A stretch of 64,000 nucleotides of DNA from a virus: positions 4,944 through 68,943 of IMG/VR virus record IMGVR_UViG_3300042880_000321. One strand, 5' to 3'. Positions 27,808-37,305 of this stretch are shown one piece after another. A program made the translations under genes and the position numbers. How positions within the stretch are numbered: position 1 is the stretch's first letter; the number at the start of each line of letters is the position of its first letter. Below the pieces are notes generated by a model. It was given only the letters and a program-made list of their open reading frames with translations. It did not search any database and was not told the origin of the DNA.

Positions 27808-28391
27808 TAGAGTTCGATTACATTTCCTTTGGAGAATTCAGGGAAGTGGGTTACCATGATTATCTGGAATCCGGTTTCTTGGCACAAGGACTCTAGTAGA
27901 TTTACTAATCTAGGCCGGTGCCCGGCAGATAGGAACCTAAAGGGCTCATCCAAGATGAGCACTTTGCTCGGTTGCGGTACGCTTAGGATTAGCGTAGCTA
28001 ATCGCAGAGCGAATGATATCACATCTACTACTCCACCGCCACAGGCGGTGAGTGGGTCGTATTCGTTACCGGCAGCGTCATTAAGAACGCAACGGGCTTC
28101 GGTTTGTTCTCGCTTCTGCTCGAACACCAAAGCAAACCGGTAGCGGTTCTCGGGGAATACGGCTTCCAGACAGCGGGTAACCAAGGCAGATATGGAGTGC
28201 TGGCACTCCTGTTGGCAGGCGACCGCTATATCCGTTACCTTTGATCCTACGGCGGCCAGAGCGGTCTTCCGCTCTTGTAGCTGAAAGATATCGGTTTCGG
28301 TATCCTGCATCTTCTGGAGCAGGGCGTCTCTGGCCGCTACCTTAGTCGCCAAGGCGACTGCTTCGGTTTTGAGGTAGTGTTCGAGTTCCAT
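27807..28391 (-). CDS. SbcC/Rad50-like ATPase, C-terminal half
   Basis: Signature-like CGGG, Walker B LILDEPF and His-loop MVTH; N-terminal coiled coil. Confidence 0.85.
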   Translation of the reverse strand: MELEHYLKTEAVALATKVAARDALLQKMQDTETDIFQLQERKTALAAVGSKVTDIAVACQQECQHSISALVTRCLEAVFPENRYRFALVFEQKREQTEARCVLNDAAGNEYDPLTACGGGVVDVISFALRLATLILSVPQPSKVLILDEPFRFLSAGHRPRLVNLLESLCQETGFQIIMVTHFPEFSKGNVIEL

Positions 28392-28613
28392 CTAGACGAT
28401 AGCCCGGTATTCGTTTCGGAGGCGGACTATTTCCTCACTCAGTTGATCTAGCTCCTTCTCGGCCTTGCCGATTTCGGCTACAGCCTCTTCAAGAGACTGA
28501 ATGCCAAATTCGGTGTCTAGTCGCTCCATGAGCGACTTCTGCCTACCGATAATCTGGTCCCGTTCTGACTTGAGCTGTTCCAGCTCCTTCTTGACTTTAT
28601 CCAGGCTTTCCAC
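28392..28613 (-). CDS. small coiled-coil protein
   Basis: Heptad-rich 73 aa; abuts the Rad50 C-half gene. Confidence 0.65.
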   Translation of the reverse strand: MESLDKVKKELEQLKSERDQIIGRQKSLMERLDTEFGIQSLEEAVAEIGKAEKELDQLSEEIVRLRNEYRAIV

Positions 28614-28773
28614 AACCGCAATCCTGTTTGACTAGGGTACACTTACCGTTATGTTTGAATGGACAAGGTATCGACCTAGCCATAGGTATCTCGCAGGTCG
28701 CTTTAGCGACTACTTCGAGGCATTCTACGCAAATGACTTCTACTTGGAAATCGGGATTCGGTTTATTTCCCAT
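28597..28773 (-). CDS. small Cys-rich protein (58 aa, not in the ORF track)
   Basis: MGNKPNPDFQVEVICVECLEVVAKATCEIPMARSIPCPFKHNGKCTLVKQDCGCGKPG fills the gap and overlaps both neighbours. Confidence 0.5.
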   Translation of the reverse strand: MGNKPNPDFQVEVICVECLEVVAKATCEIPMARSIPCPFKHNGKCTLVKQDCGCGKPG

Positions 28774-29656
28774 TTACCAAATGCTCCAATAGATCGACGT
28801 AGACGACTCGCTCCTGTCCGGTACTGTGCCCCACCTGAGCAGCAAGCTGCTCCCGGAAGCTGGCTTTCGTCACCTGTAGCGTAGCTAGAGAATCGGTAAC
28901 CGATTCTTCTGCCTTAGCCGTTACGCTCTCTTGCCACTTAGGCTCTAGCTCAGGGAAGCGTACCGCTTCGTAGGAGCCGTCTGCGTAGACTAGCCCCAGC
29001 AGCGGTATGTGGTCCTGCTGTGCTGACGTGGTCGCAAATAGCGACCCGTGGTTCAAGAACTTACCGGCTTGCCATGCAATATGGTTATCGCCTACGGCGA
29101 TCAAGTTAAAGTATTGCATCAATTCGGTAGCCTTGCTGACGTTGCTCTCGTCGGTTACACCGACGTAGGCATTGGCAGCCGTTGCCCACATATATTTGTG
29201 GATCAGACAAATGGCAGGTACTCCCTCTAGAGCAGGCTCGCCCGGAGGCGAGTAGTGCTCCCAGGGCATACTGAACAAGGCTACGGCATTCCGCATGTTG
29301 CCTATCACGCGCCAAGTGTTGGCCGGTATGTCGAAGACAATACCGGCTTTCACTAACGCGCCGTAGGCTCCTTGCATACGGTCTTCGTAGCGATGGTTGA
29401 TGAGGTCGTGCTGACCGGGTATGACGTATAGCTCGAAATCCTTGAGGGCGGAGATTGCCCAGGAAACAAGGGAGCTAGGCGTATCAGCACGATCAAAGAG
29501 ATCGCCGGCGACGGCAATCGGGATGGACGGGTAGGCGGTACGGAGTTGATAGAACCGGGCTTCCATTACGTCGTACCAAGACTTCTCGGCCCGTGAAACG
29601 GGGGTGACAGATCTTAAATGCCAGTCGGAAGTCGTGATTAGGATTGGGGTTTTCAT
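28763..29656 (-). CDS. SbcD/Mre11-like nuclease
   Basis: SDWH, AGDLFD, PGQHD, GDNH and NHGS metallophosphoesterase motifs. Confidence 0.88.
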   Translation of the reverse strand: MKTPILITTSDWHLRSVTPVSRAEKSWYDVMEARFYQLRTAYPSIPIAVAGDLFDRADTPSSLVSWAISALKDFELYVIPGQHDLINHRYEDRMQGAYGALVKAGIVFDIPANTWRVIGNMRNAVALFSMPWEHYSPPGEPALEGVPAICLIHKYMWATAANAYVGVTDESNVSKATELMQYFNLIAVGDNHIAWQAGKFLNHGSLFATTSAQQDHIPLLGLVYADGSYEAVRFPELEPKWQESVTAKAEESVTDSLATLQVTKASFREQLAAQVGHSTGQERVVYVDLLEHLVNGK

Positions 29657-29877
29657 TCGCCGTACTCCTCTGGCCAAATCAGACTGTATTTAGCCGTGCT
29701 TCGTTCCCATTCACTTAAAACATACTCCAAACTAACAGTGCTGGTCATTTGCCAGAGGTGAGCAGAGTCTAATACCCAAGTACACCAACTGCCTATTCCT
29801 AGATACATAAATTTTCTAGGAGCTTCTCCTCCGGAAAAGAATAATATGAATATCTCAGGCAAGTCTTCGGCTTTCAT
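29653..29877 (-). CDS. hypothetical protein
   Basis: Coupled ORF; likely start MKAEDL. Confidence 0.45.
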   Translation of the reverse strand: MKAEDLPEIFILFFSGGEAPRKFMYLGIGSWCTWVLDSAHLWQMTSTVSLEYVLSEWERSTAKYSLIWPEEYGE

Positions 29878-30089
29878 GGTACTTTCGGTGTCTCCGGTAA
29901 CGGCATCCAATGAGTGCAGGGATACCATCCGTCGTGTGTTTCCATTGCGATAGCATCACCCTCTGTTTTGTGTCCTTCGTACCAACCAAACTCAACGTCG
30001 CCAAATCCTTCTTCGTCGATGTGGCAGCAAAACAAAACGAACTCGTGCTCTTTTGGTAGTTTTTCGGTTATAGGTATCCAGTTGTTCAT
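29874..30089 (-). CDS. DUF551-like protein
   Basis: WIPITEKLP ... THWMPLPE motifs. Confidence 0.8.
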   Translation of the reverse strand: MNNWIPITEKLPKEHEFVLFCCHIDEEGFGDVEFGWYEGHKTEGDAIAMETHDGWYPCTHWMPLPETPKVP

Positions 30090-30259
30090 TGTCTATCCTT
30101 ACTGAGTTCGTACCAGATGAAAAAAGCATTGGCCAAGGAATAACAAAACCACGCTCCCGCGTGCGGGTAGTCCTTGTCCAAGTAGTTGCCAACGGCAACT
30201 ATCAGATAGAGGACTATGGAAATTGCCATAGCTGCCGTGGTTAGGGTTGCTGTGTTCAC
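30086..30259 (-). CDS. small membrane protein
   Basis: GTGA-coupled start; two hydrophobic helices. Confidence 0.55.
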   Translation of the reverse strand: MNTATLTTAAMAISIVLYLIVAVGNYLDKDYPHAGAWFCYSLANAFFIWYELSKDRQ

Positions 30260-30549
30260 GTAGTCACCTTGAATTTGATCTGGGCTCGGAGTTGATCTAA
30301 TGCTACTTTTCGCACTTCGTAGGTAGGTGCCGGACAATGAAGCCGACTGACTCTATGATCTAGCCGGTCCCAACGATCTACCGATTTGAATTTATGCCGC
30401 TTAGATGATCGCTGGTATGCGACCCATGTATCGAGTACGACCCCTAGCTGCTCGCACCAATAGAATTCCCATCGGAAACCAGAAAGACCCGTTAGGTCTT
30501 CTACGATATTACCTGCTTCGTCTACGAAGACTACCGTACTTAATCCCAT
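30256..30549 (-). CDS. hypothetical protein
   Basis: Coupled ORF. Confidence 0.55.
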   Translation of the reverse strand: MGLSTVVFVDEAGNIVEDLTGLSGFRWEFYWCEQLGVVLDTWVAYQRSSKRHKFKSVDRWDRLDHRVSRLHCPAPTYEVRKVALDQLRAQIKFKVTT

Positions 30550-30552
30550 ACT

Positions 30553-31770
30553 TTACTCCGCAGTAAATCCGTCAATTTTAGTAAAACAACCGGCAGGATT
30601 TGCACCTGCGAATTTAGTCTTGTCGATCTGCCTAATGCTTCCGGCTTCGGTTGTTGGAACCCACCCGCACCGTTCACACGGTGCCGGTTTACTTAATTCC
30701 CTGACCGATTCCTCGGTCTTCCGAATCCGGTTGTCTAAATCACCATAGGAAACCCCCCGGATCGTTTCGACGATCCCTTTAAGCACCGAAATCTTTTGTT
30801 TGGATGGCATTACTATAGCGTCCAATCCGGCCAACGTATCCAGAATTTGGCGATTTTTCGACATAATTTGGATGCCGGCTTCCTGGTGATCGGAAGCAAT
30901 GACAGCTAATCTATCTCGATAGCTTCGCACCCCGATAAACCCCTCTAGCTTCGCGATTCTCGCGTCCAAAAAGGGCAGTGAGTCAAAGGCCGCCTGGGCG
31001 GCCAGGATCGATTCTAGCCCCTGTTTTGTGGCTTTACGGGCCTCTACTGCTGCTGTATATGCTCTGATGGAATCTAGGCACTGAATCTTGGCGTTTAGGA
31101 GCCGTATCGACCACGCATAAGTCTCGCATTCGGTATTCGCTGTTGCCAAATCGGCACGCCGATTACTTAGCTCCGACTCCCGTTTCGCCAAATCCTGTAA
31201 TTGCTTTAGCAATTCCTGCTTCCGATCTAGGTTTTGGTACGGCAGCAGGTCAGTCTTGCATCGGATTAGCTTATGTTGTTCGCTGTCAATTAGAGTTCCT
31301 AATTTGGCAGACTGCGTCCGGAGCCAACTAATCGACTTGTCGATGTCGTCGAGGGCGACGATGCGGTTTATTTCACGAGCTAACTGGCCGCCGGTCAACG
31401 CCAACAGGAATACGGAATCCATCTGACTTTGGAAATTGACTTCCGTTAGCATTAGCCTATCTGATACTGCTTTCGGCTGCTGCTTGGCACAGGCTAGGAA
31501 TTTTTCCTGTCCTACCTTGTAGCCGTATTCCTTGGCGTTCTTGAACCGGATAACCCCTCCCTGGGGCGTCAAGACGCCCACTTGGAGCGAGGTTTCGCCG
31601 TGGGTGACTAATCCGCTTGCGGATTCATGCAAAGCGATAAACCTCAAAGCACGAATAATAGCCGATTTCCCGGTATCGGAGGCACCGACCACTACGTTAA
31701 GTCCTGGGTTTACCGTCAGCAACAAATCCCGGTGAGCCTGGAAATTGACTAGCTTGATCTGGCGAATCAT
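30553..31770 (-). CDS. SbcC/Rad50-like ATPase, N-terminal half ending at a zinc hook
   Basis: NFQAH, Walker A GASDTGKS, Q-loop FQSQ, coiled coil and CERC. Confidence 0.85.
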   Translation of the reverse strand: MIRQIKLVNFQAHRDLLLTVNPGLNVVVGASDTGKSAIIRALRFIALHESASGLVTHGETSLQVGVLTPQGGVIRFKNAKEYGYKVGQEKFLACAKQQPKAVSDRLMLTEVNFQSQMDSVFLLALTGGQLAREINRIVALDDIDKSISWLRTQSAKLGTLIDSEQHKLIRCKTDLLPYQNLDRKQELLKQLQDLAKRESELSNRRADLATANTECETYAWSIRLLNAKIQCLDSIRAYTAAVEARKATKQGLESILAAQAAFDSLPFLDARIAKLEGFIGVRSYRDRLAVIASDHQEAGIQIMSKNRQILDTLAGLDAIVMPSKQKISVLKGIVETIRGVSYGDLDNRIRKTEESVRELSKPAPCERCGWVPTTEAGSIRQIDKTKFAGANPAGCFTKIDGFTAE

Positions 31771-32987
31771 AGGATTTCCCCATATTGGTAGTAGCTCTGT
31801 TTCGGTAGGTTCCGTGTCCAGAAGGCTTTTTGGAGCCCCGCTTCGTACATCTGCAAGATTCCCAGATCCAATTCGGCTAGGGAGTCGATGCCGTTGTACA
31901 GCATCAACTCCCGGCGGTTGGCCAAGTGTACCTTGTTCAGGCCGTAGGTGTCAGAGTCCTCGAAATACTTATCTACGTTGTGGGCGTAAAACGCCTGTCC
32001 CAGGCGAGCAAACGCCTGAAACTTCAAACCGGCTACGCCCGGTTGCGGGTCGTGCATGTGGGCAGCGATCACGTTATCCCAAACCCAGTTCTTAACCGTT
32101 ACCCCGTATTTCGTTCTCGACCATCGGTCTTCGAACTTCAAGTTAGCCGCTATCTTCCGGCAGTCGGAAGTCAAGTACGCCTTCCAGGCGTCTACTAAGG
32201 CATCCGTCATACTGAATGCTACGCACCTAGTCTCGTCTCCGACGAGCCATGCTACCGAAGCCGTATAGACTTTGGAAGCCTGCCTCTCCGGCTTCAAGCT
32301 ATTGGTTTCGTAGTCGAATGCCGTAAGCGGCGATAGGCTCGCCTCGGCGAGCAGCTCTTTGATCTCGGCTATCGACTCTGGCATCTGAACCATCTTGGCG
32401 TAGTCGGCTATGTGGTCGCCGTAAGGGCGACCCTCAGAATTAAACGCCTTTAGCATTTGGCGGGTATGGTAGATTTCGCTGACGGCTGGATTCTTACCTA
32501 ACGCTATTCTGCCAATAGGGAATACCCAGGCATTCAGTTCCTTGCTAGGAATCCCTTGCCAAAACCATCGATCTGGCATCTCGGCATTCTGATCCCATAG
32601 CCAATGGATGACGGATTTCAATGCCGTCTTCCCCCAGATCAATACCTTCTCCGGTTGCAGGCGTTTGATCTCAGAGATTAGTAGCGGTTGGCAATGTTTC
32701 CAGGGCTCCTCTCCGACTGTGTCGGATTCGGAATAGCAGGCTTGGGCCGGAACGATCACTAATTCGCGTAGCGAATGTCCGATCTTTCGCAGGTTGCCTT
32801 CTATCCGTTCGTATTGTGCTGGTGAGATGTTGCGGTCGGCACTAGGTTTATCGACCACTATGACGGCTTTAGCCGTCCCTGGTCTGGCTTTCTGCATCCC
32901 GTGGGTGCATTTGCGGAGCAGGCCACATGCTCCGCAGGCTGGGGCTATCGGTTTCGATTTGGTGTGTTGGGTGAAGAATGTGAACAT
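31767..32987 (-). CDS. N-terminal part of a split family-A DNA polymerase: UDG-like domain plus 3'-5' exonuclease
   Basis: CGACGLLRKC and later Cys as in family-4 UDG; ExoI FDYET, ExoII ANLKFE, ExoIII YNGID. Confidence 0.8.
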   Translation of the reverse strand: MFTFFTQHTKSKPIAPACGACGLLRKCTHGMQKARPGTAKAVIVVDKPSADRNISPAQYERIEGNLRKIGHSLRELVIVPAQACYSESDTVGEEPWKHCQPLLISEIKRLQPEKVLIWGKTALKSVIHWLWDQNAEMPDRWFWQGIPSKELNAWVFPIGRIALGKNPAVSEIYHTRQMLKAFNSEGRPYGDHIADYAKMVQMPESIAEIKELLAEASLSPLTAFDYETNSLKPERQASKVYTASVAWLVGDETRCVAFSMTDALVDAWKAYLTSDCRKIAANLKFEDRWSRTKYGVTVKNWVWDNVIAAHMHDPQPGVAGLKFQAFARLGQAFYAHNVDKYFEDSDTYGLNKVHLANRRELMLYNGIDSLAELDLGILQMYEAGLQKAFWTRNLPKQSYYQYGEIL

Positions 32988-34022
32988 TTATGACTGGATC
33001 ACCTCCGCACTGACGCAATAGCAGCAACCGTCACTCTTTACCCGAATCATGGTTTCGCATACCTCTATCGGAGCTGCGTACCGCAGCACATTAGGTAGGA
33101 CTTCCGGGTTGGTTTTCACCAACAACGTAGGGCCGGTATAGTCTAAATCCCTATCCTCTTCAAACCAACCGCTACCGCTGTCTGCCCGAACTAACAGGTT
33201 TCCGTTTGACAGGGTAAATTCAATCTGCTTTCCTTCTGCCTTCTCTGCGACGAACGGCATCGCCCTGGCGATGATATCAGCAACGGATACCGGCAGCAAT
33301 ACAGACTGCTTGGCAGTCTCCGTAAAGATGGTGCCGATGTTAGGGTATGCCTCGGCTATTAGCCGAACTGATACTATGACGCCTGCATAAGTCCTGAAGT
33401 GAACCCAGTTATCGCCATAGGCGATGGCCGCTAGCCCTAATCCATCTAATCCTTTCAGGCTTTCGGCTCTCACTAGCACGGCTCCCTCTTTGCGACCTGT
33501 CGCAACTAGGAACCGGATTGCCTGACGGCAATCGGTAGCCTGGATGCCCTTGGGGCCAAATGCAACGCAAGTCAAGGCAAACGTAGCCGAATCCTTTGCC
33601 GCACAGGGTGCGACCCTGGCTATGGCTTCCCCAAAGATCGGCGGAAGATCGACGTATTCGGTAGCTTGCTCGACTTCTTCGAGAGGCAGAACGATATCGT
33701 CCATCTTTGGGATCTGTTGTTTACGGCGGTCGGAGCCGCCCTTTAGCTTGATCTTAGCGGCTTCGCAGGTAATCTCGATTTCGTCATCGGGAGATTTGCG
33801 TAAGGTTTGCAGTAGGGTTTTCGAGGGAACGGCACCGTAGCAGTCAAAAGGAACGCCCTCGGCGTTCGCTAGGGGACTGGAGCAACATATCTCTCCGTTG
33901 TAGGTATGGACAATTCCGTTCCGGAATACGAAACAGGAACTTTGCTCCATGTTGTCCTTGCTACTTAGCCCCAGCGAACACGCTTCCAGCGTGCGTAGCA
34001 AATCAGCTCTAACGAACTTCAT
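32988..34022 (-). CDS. beta sliding clamp-like protein
   Basis: 344 aa; LTCV, QATD..., RLIAEAYPN pattern of DnaN. Confidence 0.7.
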   Translation of the reverse strand: MKFVRADLLRTLEACSLGLSSKDNMEQSSCFVFRNGIVHTYNGEICCSSPLANAEGVPFDCYGAVPSKTLLQTLRKSPDDEIEITCEAAKIKLKGGSDRRKQQIPKMDDIVLPLEEVEQATEYVDLPPIFGEAIARVAPCAAKDSATFALTCVAFGPKGIQATDCRQAIRFLVATGRKEGAVLVRAESLKGLDGLGLAAIAYGDNWVHFRTYAGVIVSVRLIAEAYPNIGTIFTETAKQSVLLPVSVADIIARAMPFVAEKAEGKQIEFTLSNGNLLVRADSGSGWFEEDRDLDYTGPTLLVKTNPEVLPNVLRYAAPIEVCETMIRVKSDGCCYCVSAEVIQS

Positions 34023-34524
34023 CAGGTGGGCTCCAGCGAAATGTAATTGCGTTCGCGTTATCCAAATCCGGATACTTGCCGGGCTTTATAGGAAGCTCGG
34101 CCATAAAGCCGAGCGACCGGAAAAACAATTGCATCTCGGTGTAGTCTTCTGGAACATCGGCTTCGTATTCCTGGATGCCGTGTAAGTTGCCGGTTGCGTA
34201 GAGCGGCAATAGGATTCGGGTGCCGATACGGTTACGACGTACTTCTGGGTGAATAAGGATTCGGGCTATCCGAATCACGGGGCGGTTAAGCACCGCCGCG
34301 ACCACTACTCCGACGATGTTGTTGGTAGCGCCGTGAACGGCGACGACAACTATGTACCGGTTACGCTCATCCTCAACATCTAGCTTCGATGCCCACCATC
34401 TACGGGTTTTCGGGGCTTCGGAGAACAAATGGTCGAACTCCTCGATACCGGGGAGATCGACCATTTGGGCCTCTCTGTAGTGCGCAAAATCGCTGAGACT
34501 TGGCTTATCGTCTTCCATTTTCAA
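34009..34524 (-). CDS. GNAT acetyltransferase (RimI-like)
   Basis: IHPEVRRNRIGT acetyl-CoA motif and QLFFRSLGF. Confidence 0.75.
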   Translation of the reverse strand: MKMEDDKPSLSDFAHYREAQMVDLPGIEEFDHLFSEAPKTRRWWASKLDVEDERNRYIVVVAVHGATNNIVGVVVAAVLNRPVIRIARILIHPEVRRNRIGTRILLPLYATGNLHGIQEYEADVPEDYTEMQLFFRSLGFMAELPIKPGKYPDLDNANAITFRWSPPDEVR

Positions 34525-35026
34525 TCGCAGATTTGAGTAGTAGTCGTATCTTAGAATCGGTTAAGAACAGGTCGTAATTATGTACTAGGAAGTCATCTTC
34601 CGCCCGTATATCTAAGCTGCTATAGATGTGTAAGGCCGCCGCCGGCATCACGATTACGGCGTCCCGGCGATCTCGTTTATGGATGACGGCCCAATATGGA
34701 GTACCTGCGACGGATGCCGACTTCTTAGCTTGGTCGATGAAGTTCCAAAAGCCGCCCGAAGTCTTCTCATAGAGATCGGCTACGCTTACTAAGGGATATC
34801 CTTTTTTGGCTTCTATGCAGACGTAATCTAGAAGGACTTGTCCTTCCTTTGTCATGGCTGCAATGTCTCCGGCGGCATTAGCCGTCTTCTGTCCTTTCTT
34901 AGCCCGTTGAGTAGCTCTGCCGCCCGACTGACTGGATCTCCAGAACCAATCATCATTGGTTCCGTCGCTCCACCATAAAGAAAGCTGACGGCATAAGTCT
35001 CTTTCAAACTGCTGACCTTTACCCAT
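34505..35026 (-). CDS. Holliday junction resolvase (Hjc/T5 D14-like)
   Basis: KGQQFER, SGG, GDI and IEAK (PD-(D/E)xK). Confidence 0.8.
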   Translation of the reverse strand: MGKGQQFERDLCRQLSLWWSDGTNDDWFWRSSQSGGRATQRAKKGQKTANAAGDIAAMTKEGQVLLDYVCIEAKKGYPLVSVADLYEKTSGGFWNFIDQAKKSASVAGTPYWAVIHKRDRRDAVIVMPAAALHIYSSLDIRAEDDFLVHNYDLFLTDSKIRLLLKSAIENGRR

Positions 35027-35028
35027 TG

Positions 35029-35370
35029 TTACTCTCTTTCCTGCATGACTGCGAAAGTACGCATAGCCAGCCATTGTTCTTTGGTAATAGTAAGCGGCTT
35101 CGCATACTCCGCATGGCGGAGTTTATTGTAGCCGCAGCCCCAACCTTCTTCCGTGTATCCACACAATGAGCAAATCAACCAAGGTCTATCTGCTTGAAGC
35201 CATTCGTGTTGTTTGTATGGGAGTTCGTAGATAGCCTCTAACGGATGACTGCAACCGGCGACAGTGTCTTGGATAAGAGCTACTCGTTCGGCCTTTACAG
35301 CGGCAAGCCGCTTATCGATTTCTTCCAATCGGTCGGCTATTAGAATAGGGCGAACAGAGTTAATTTCCAT
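35029..35370 (-). CDS. hypothetical protein
   Basis: CxH and CxxC putative zinc site. Confidence 0.55.
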   Translation of the reverse strand: MEINSVRPILIADRLEEIDKRLAAVKAERVALIQDTVAGCSHPLEAIYELPYKQHEWLQADRPWLICSLCGYTEEGWGCGYNKLRHAEYAKPLTITKEQWLAMRTFAVMQERE

Positions 35371-35665
35371 TCTTAATTAACTCCCACTTAGCCTTCAGTT
35401 CTGGTTTCTGCTCGATCAACTGCTCGATCATCTCCCGTCGGTACACGGAAGCATAACGAGCGTGGTTACGCTCACTCAGCGTCCCGCAAAGGAACTGAAG
35501 CAAGTGCCGGTCCTTGATACGCATTACGTGCGTAATCATCTGTGGCCGAGGCTGTTGTTTTTTCTCCAGCTTATTCCAAATGCGTAGGTTCCGGCGAACC
35601 TGCGCCTTCAATTTGATTTCATCCTGCTTTCGGATGATTTCCTTTAACCGTTTCTTCTCATTCAT
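35360..35665 (-). CDS. hypothetical protein
   Basis: Coupled basic ORF. Confidence 0.5.
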   Translation of the reverse strand: MNEKKRLKEIIRKQDEIKLKAQVRRNLRIWNKLEKKQQPRPQMITHVMRIKDRHLLQFLCGTLSERNHARYASVYRREMIEQLIEQKPELKAKWELIKNGN

Positions 35666-36500
35666 AGCTAGGCATTCCTAATTCGTAAAATGCGCCGATG
35701 TTATCGGCTAGTCGCAACCATTGAATCCTGCTAGTCTGCTCGACCAAAGGTTTGATCTCCGCACCCTTGAGCGGCAGGTATACCAGCGGCATGTTCTTAC
35801 TATAGACCGATAAGTTGTCTACAAAGGTCTTGTATTTGGAATTTTCTTCCTTTATTTGACCCCGTAGCCATTTGCAGGCGGTCTTCTCCGCAACGCCCGG
35901 CAAGCCGGGCACATTGTCACTATCGCATCCTGCCCATGCCTTAGCACTTGCCCACTGTACCGGCGGAATGTCCCATTCCGTAATGAAATCGACTTCGGTG
36001 TAAAGATTACCCTTAACCAGATTGTAGAGCCGAACATTCGGCTTTAAGCATTGATATAAGTCCTTGTCGGACGATACCATAACAAATTCTAATTCCGGAT
36101 GCTTTTGGATGGCTGCCGCCATCATGTCATCGGCTTCGTAACCCCTCTGCATCAGAAGGTTCTTAGCACCCATCATGTGCAATAGGCCAGGAAGCTGATC
36201 GATTTGCTGATACATCCCTTGACGCTTCTCAGCGTCACTAGGACTCTCTTGGGCTCGCTTGGCTTCCCGGTTGCCTTTGTATTCCGGGTATAATTCCTTC
36301 CGTTTGCTGTGTTTGGAATCGAAGCAGAATGCAAGATTCCACGTATTGAACCGCCGCTCTAACTGTTCGCAGGTCTTCCATATCTGGAAGAGAGCACCCG
36401 TGAAACGGGTAGGGTCATCGGGGTGCGTCAAATCGCCAACGGTATGCAACGCTCGGTGCCCAAGATTGTTCACGTCGATTAGGATAAACGGTTTACGCAT
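35658..36500 (-). CDS. 5'-3' exonuclease/flap endonuclease
   Basis: YPEYKGNR, YEADD, SSDKDLYQ and DSDNVPGLPGVAEKTA. Confidence 0.9.
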   Translation of the reverse strand: MRKPFILIDVNNLGHRALHTVGDLTHPDDPTRFTGALFQIWKTCEQLERRFNTWNLAFCFDSKHSKRKELYPEYKGNREAKRAQESPSDAEKRQGMYQQIDQLPGLLHMMGAKNLLMQRGYEADDMMAAAIQKHPELEFVMVSSDKDLYQCLKPNVRLYNLVKGNLYTEVDFITEWDIPPVQWASAKAWAGCDSDNVPGLPGVAEKTACKWLRGQIKEENSKYKTFVDNLSVYSKNMPLVYLPLKGAEIKPLVEQTSRIQWLRLADNIGAFYELGMPSYE

Positions 36501-37305
36501 AGTTACCCCACAAGGCTTCGGTCTTAATGTCTTTGATTTCCTTGGCACTAGCACTGTTGGGTATGTCTTTGTAGTCTACCCACCAACAATGCTCCTTGGC
36601 ATAGCTGCTATACAGTTCACTGGGATAACCACTGAGCAGGAACATACCGATTACTTTGGTGAGGCAATCTAGTAGTCGCGTATGGTCGGCTTCCGTCATC
36701 TCACATTCGTAGTCGTTTGTAGTGACTCTCGTTTCGTGGAGGTATGGAGGATCTAAGTAGAACAGGGCTTTCGGATGATCGTATTTCTTGATGAAAGCCA
36801 CGGCATCCATGTGTCGAACTTCGACACGTCGAAGCCGTGCATGTGCTTCTGGCAGCCCGTCTACCGCTGTCAGCCAAGCAGACACATTCTCGTTCATACC
36901 TCTCCGAACCCTAGTTGTCGGAGTACAGTAGTCTTTTCCTAGTCCTTGGCGGGACTGCCGGTAACGAATAAAGAAAGCCGTCGCCCGTCGCACTCGGTCG
37001 CTGTCGGCGGCCATTTGCGCCTGGGAGTCTATCCAAACTTGCTGTGACAAAGGAGTGCCCCACAACTGCCGCAGCATCCTGTCCGGGGTATGGGATAGTA
37101 CGTCCCAGAAGTTAAATAAATCTCCATTTAGATCGTTCACGGCTTCTGATTTGCCTTCCGGGTTGTGGGCGAACAGCACAGACAATCCGCCAGCAAACGG
37201 TTCGTTGTAGTGGGTATAGCGGTTTCGGTTAGGAAAATGCGATAATATCCACGGAGCTAGATATGACTTACCTCCATGCCATTTAAGCGGCTGTATCTTA
37301 CTCAT
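36493..37305 (-). CDS. DNA adenine methyltransferase (D12 class)
   Basis: WHGGK, EPFAGG, ND and YLDPPY. Confidence 0.9.
   Translation of the reverse strand: MSKIQPLKWHGGKSYLAPWILSHFPNRNRYTHYNEPFAGGLSVLFAHNPEGKSEAVNDLNGDLFNFWDVLSHTPDRMLRQLWGTPLSQQVWIDSQAQMAADSDRVRRATAFFIRYRQSRQGLGKDYCTPTTRVRRGMNENVSAWLTAVDGLPEAHARLRRVEVRHMDAVAFIKKYDHPKALFYLDPPYLHETRVTTNDYECEMTEADHTRLLDCLTKVIGMFLLSGYPSELYSSYAKEHCWWVDYKDIPNSASAKEIKDIKTEALWGNYA

Noticed and set aside
28389-28394. Amber readthrough fusing the coiled-coil gene to the Rad50 C-half (in-frame TAG ATG)
   Set aside because: In-frame stop-ATG abutment also occurs at 12236/12237, 32987/32988, 45867/45868 and 51199/51200 between unrelated genes, so simple coupling explains it. 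There is no sign of stop-codon reassignment.
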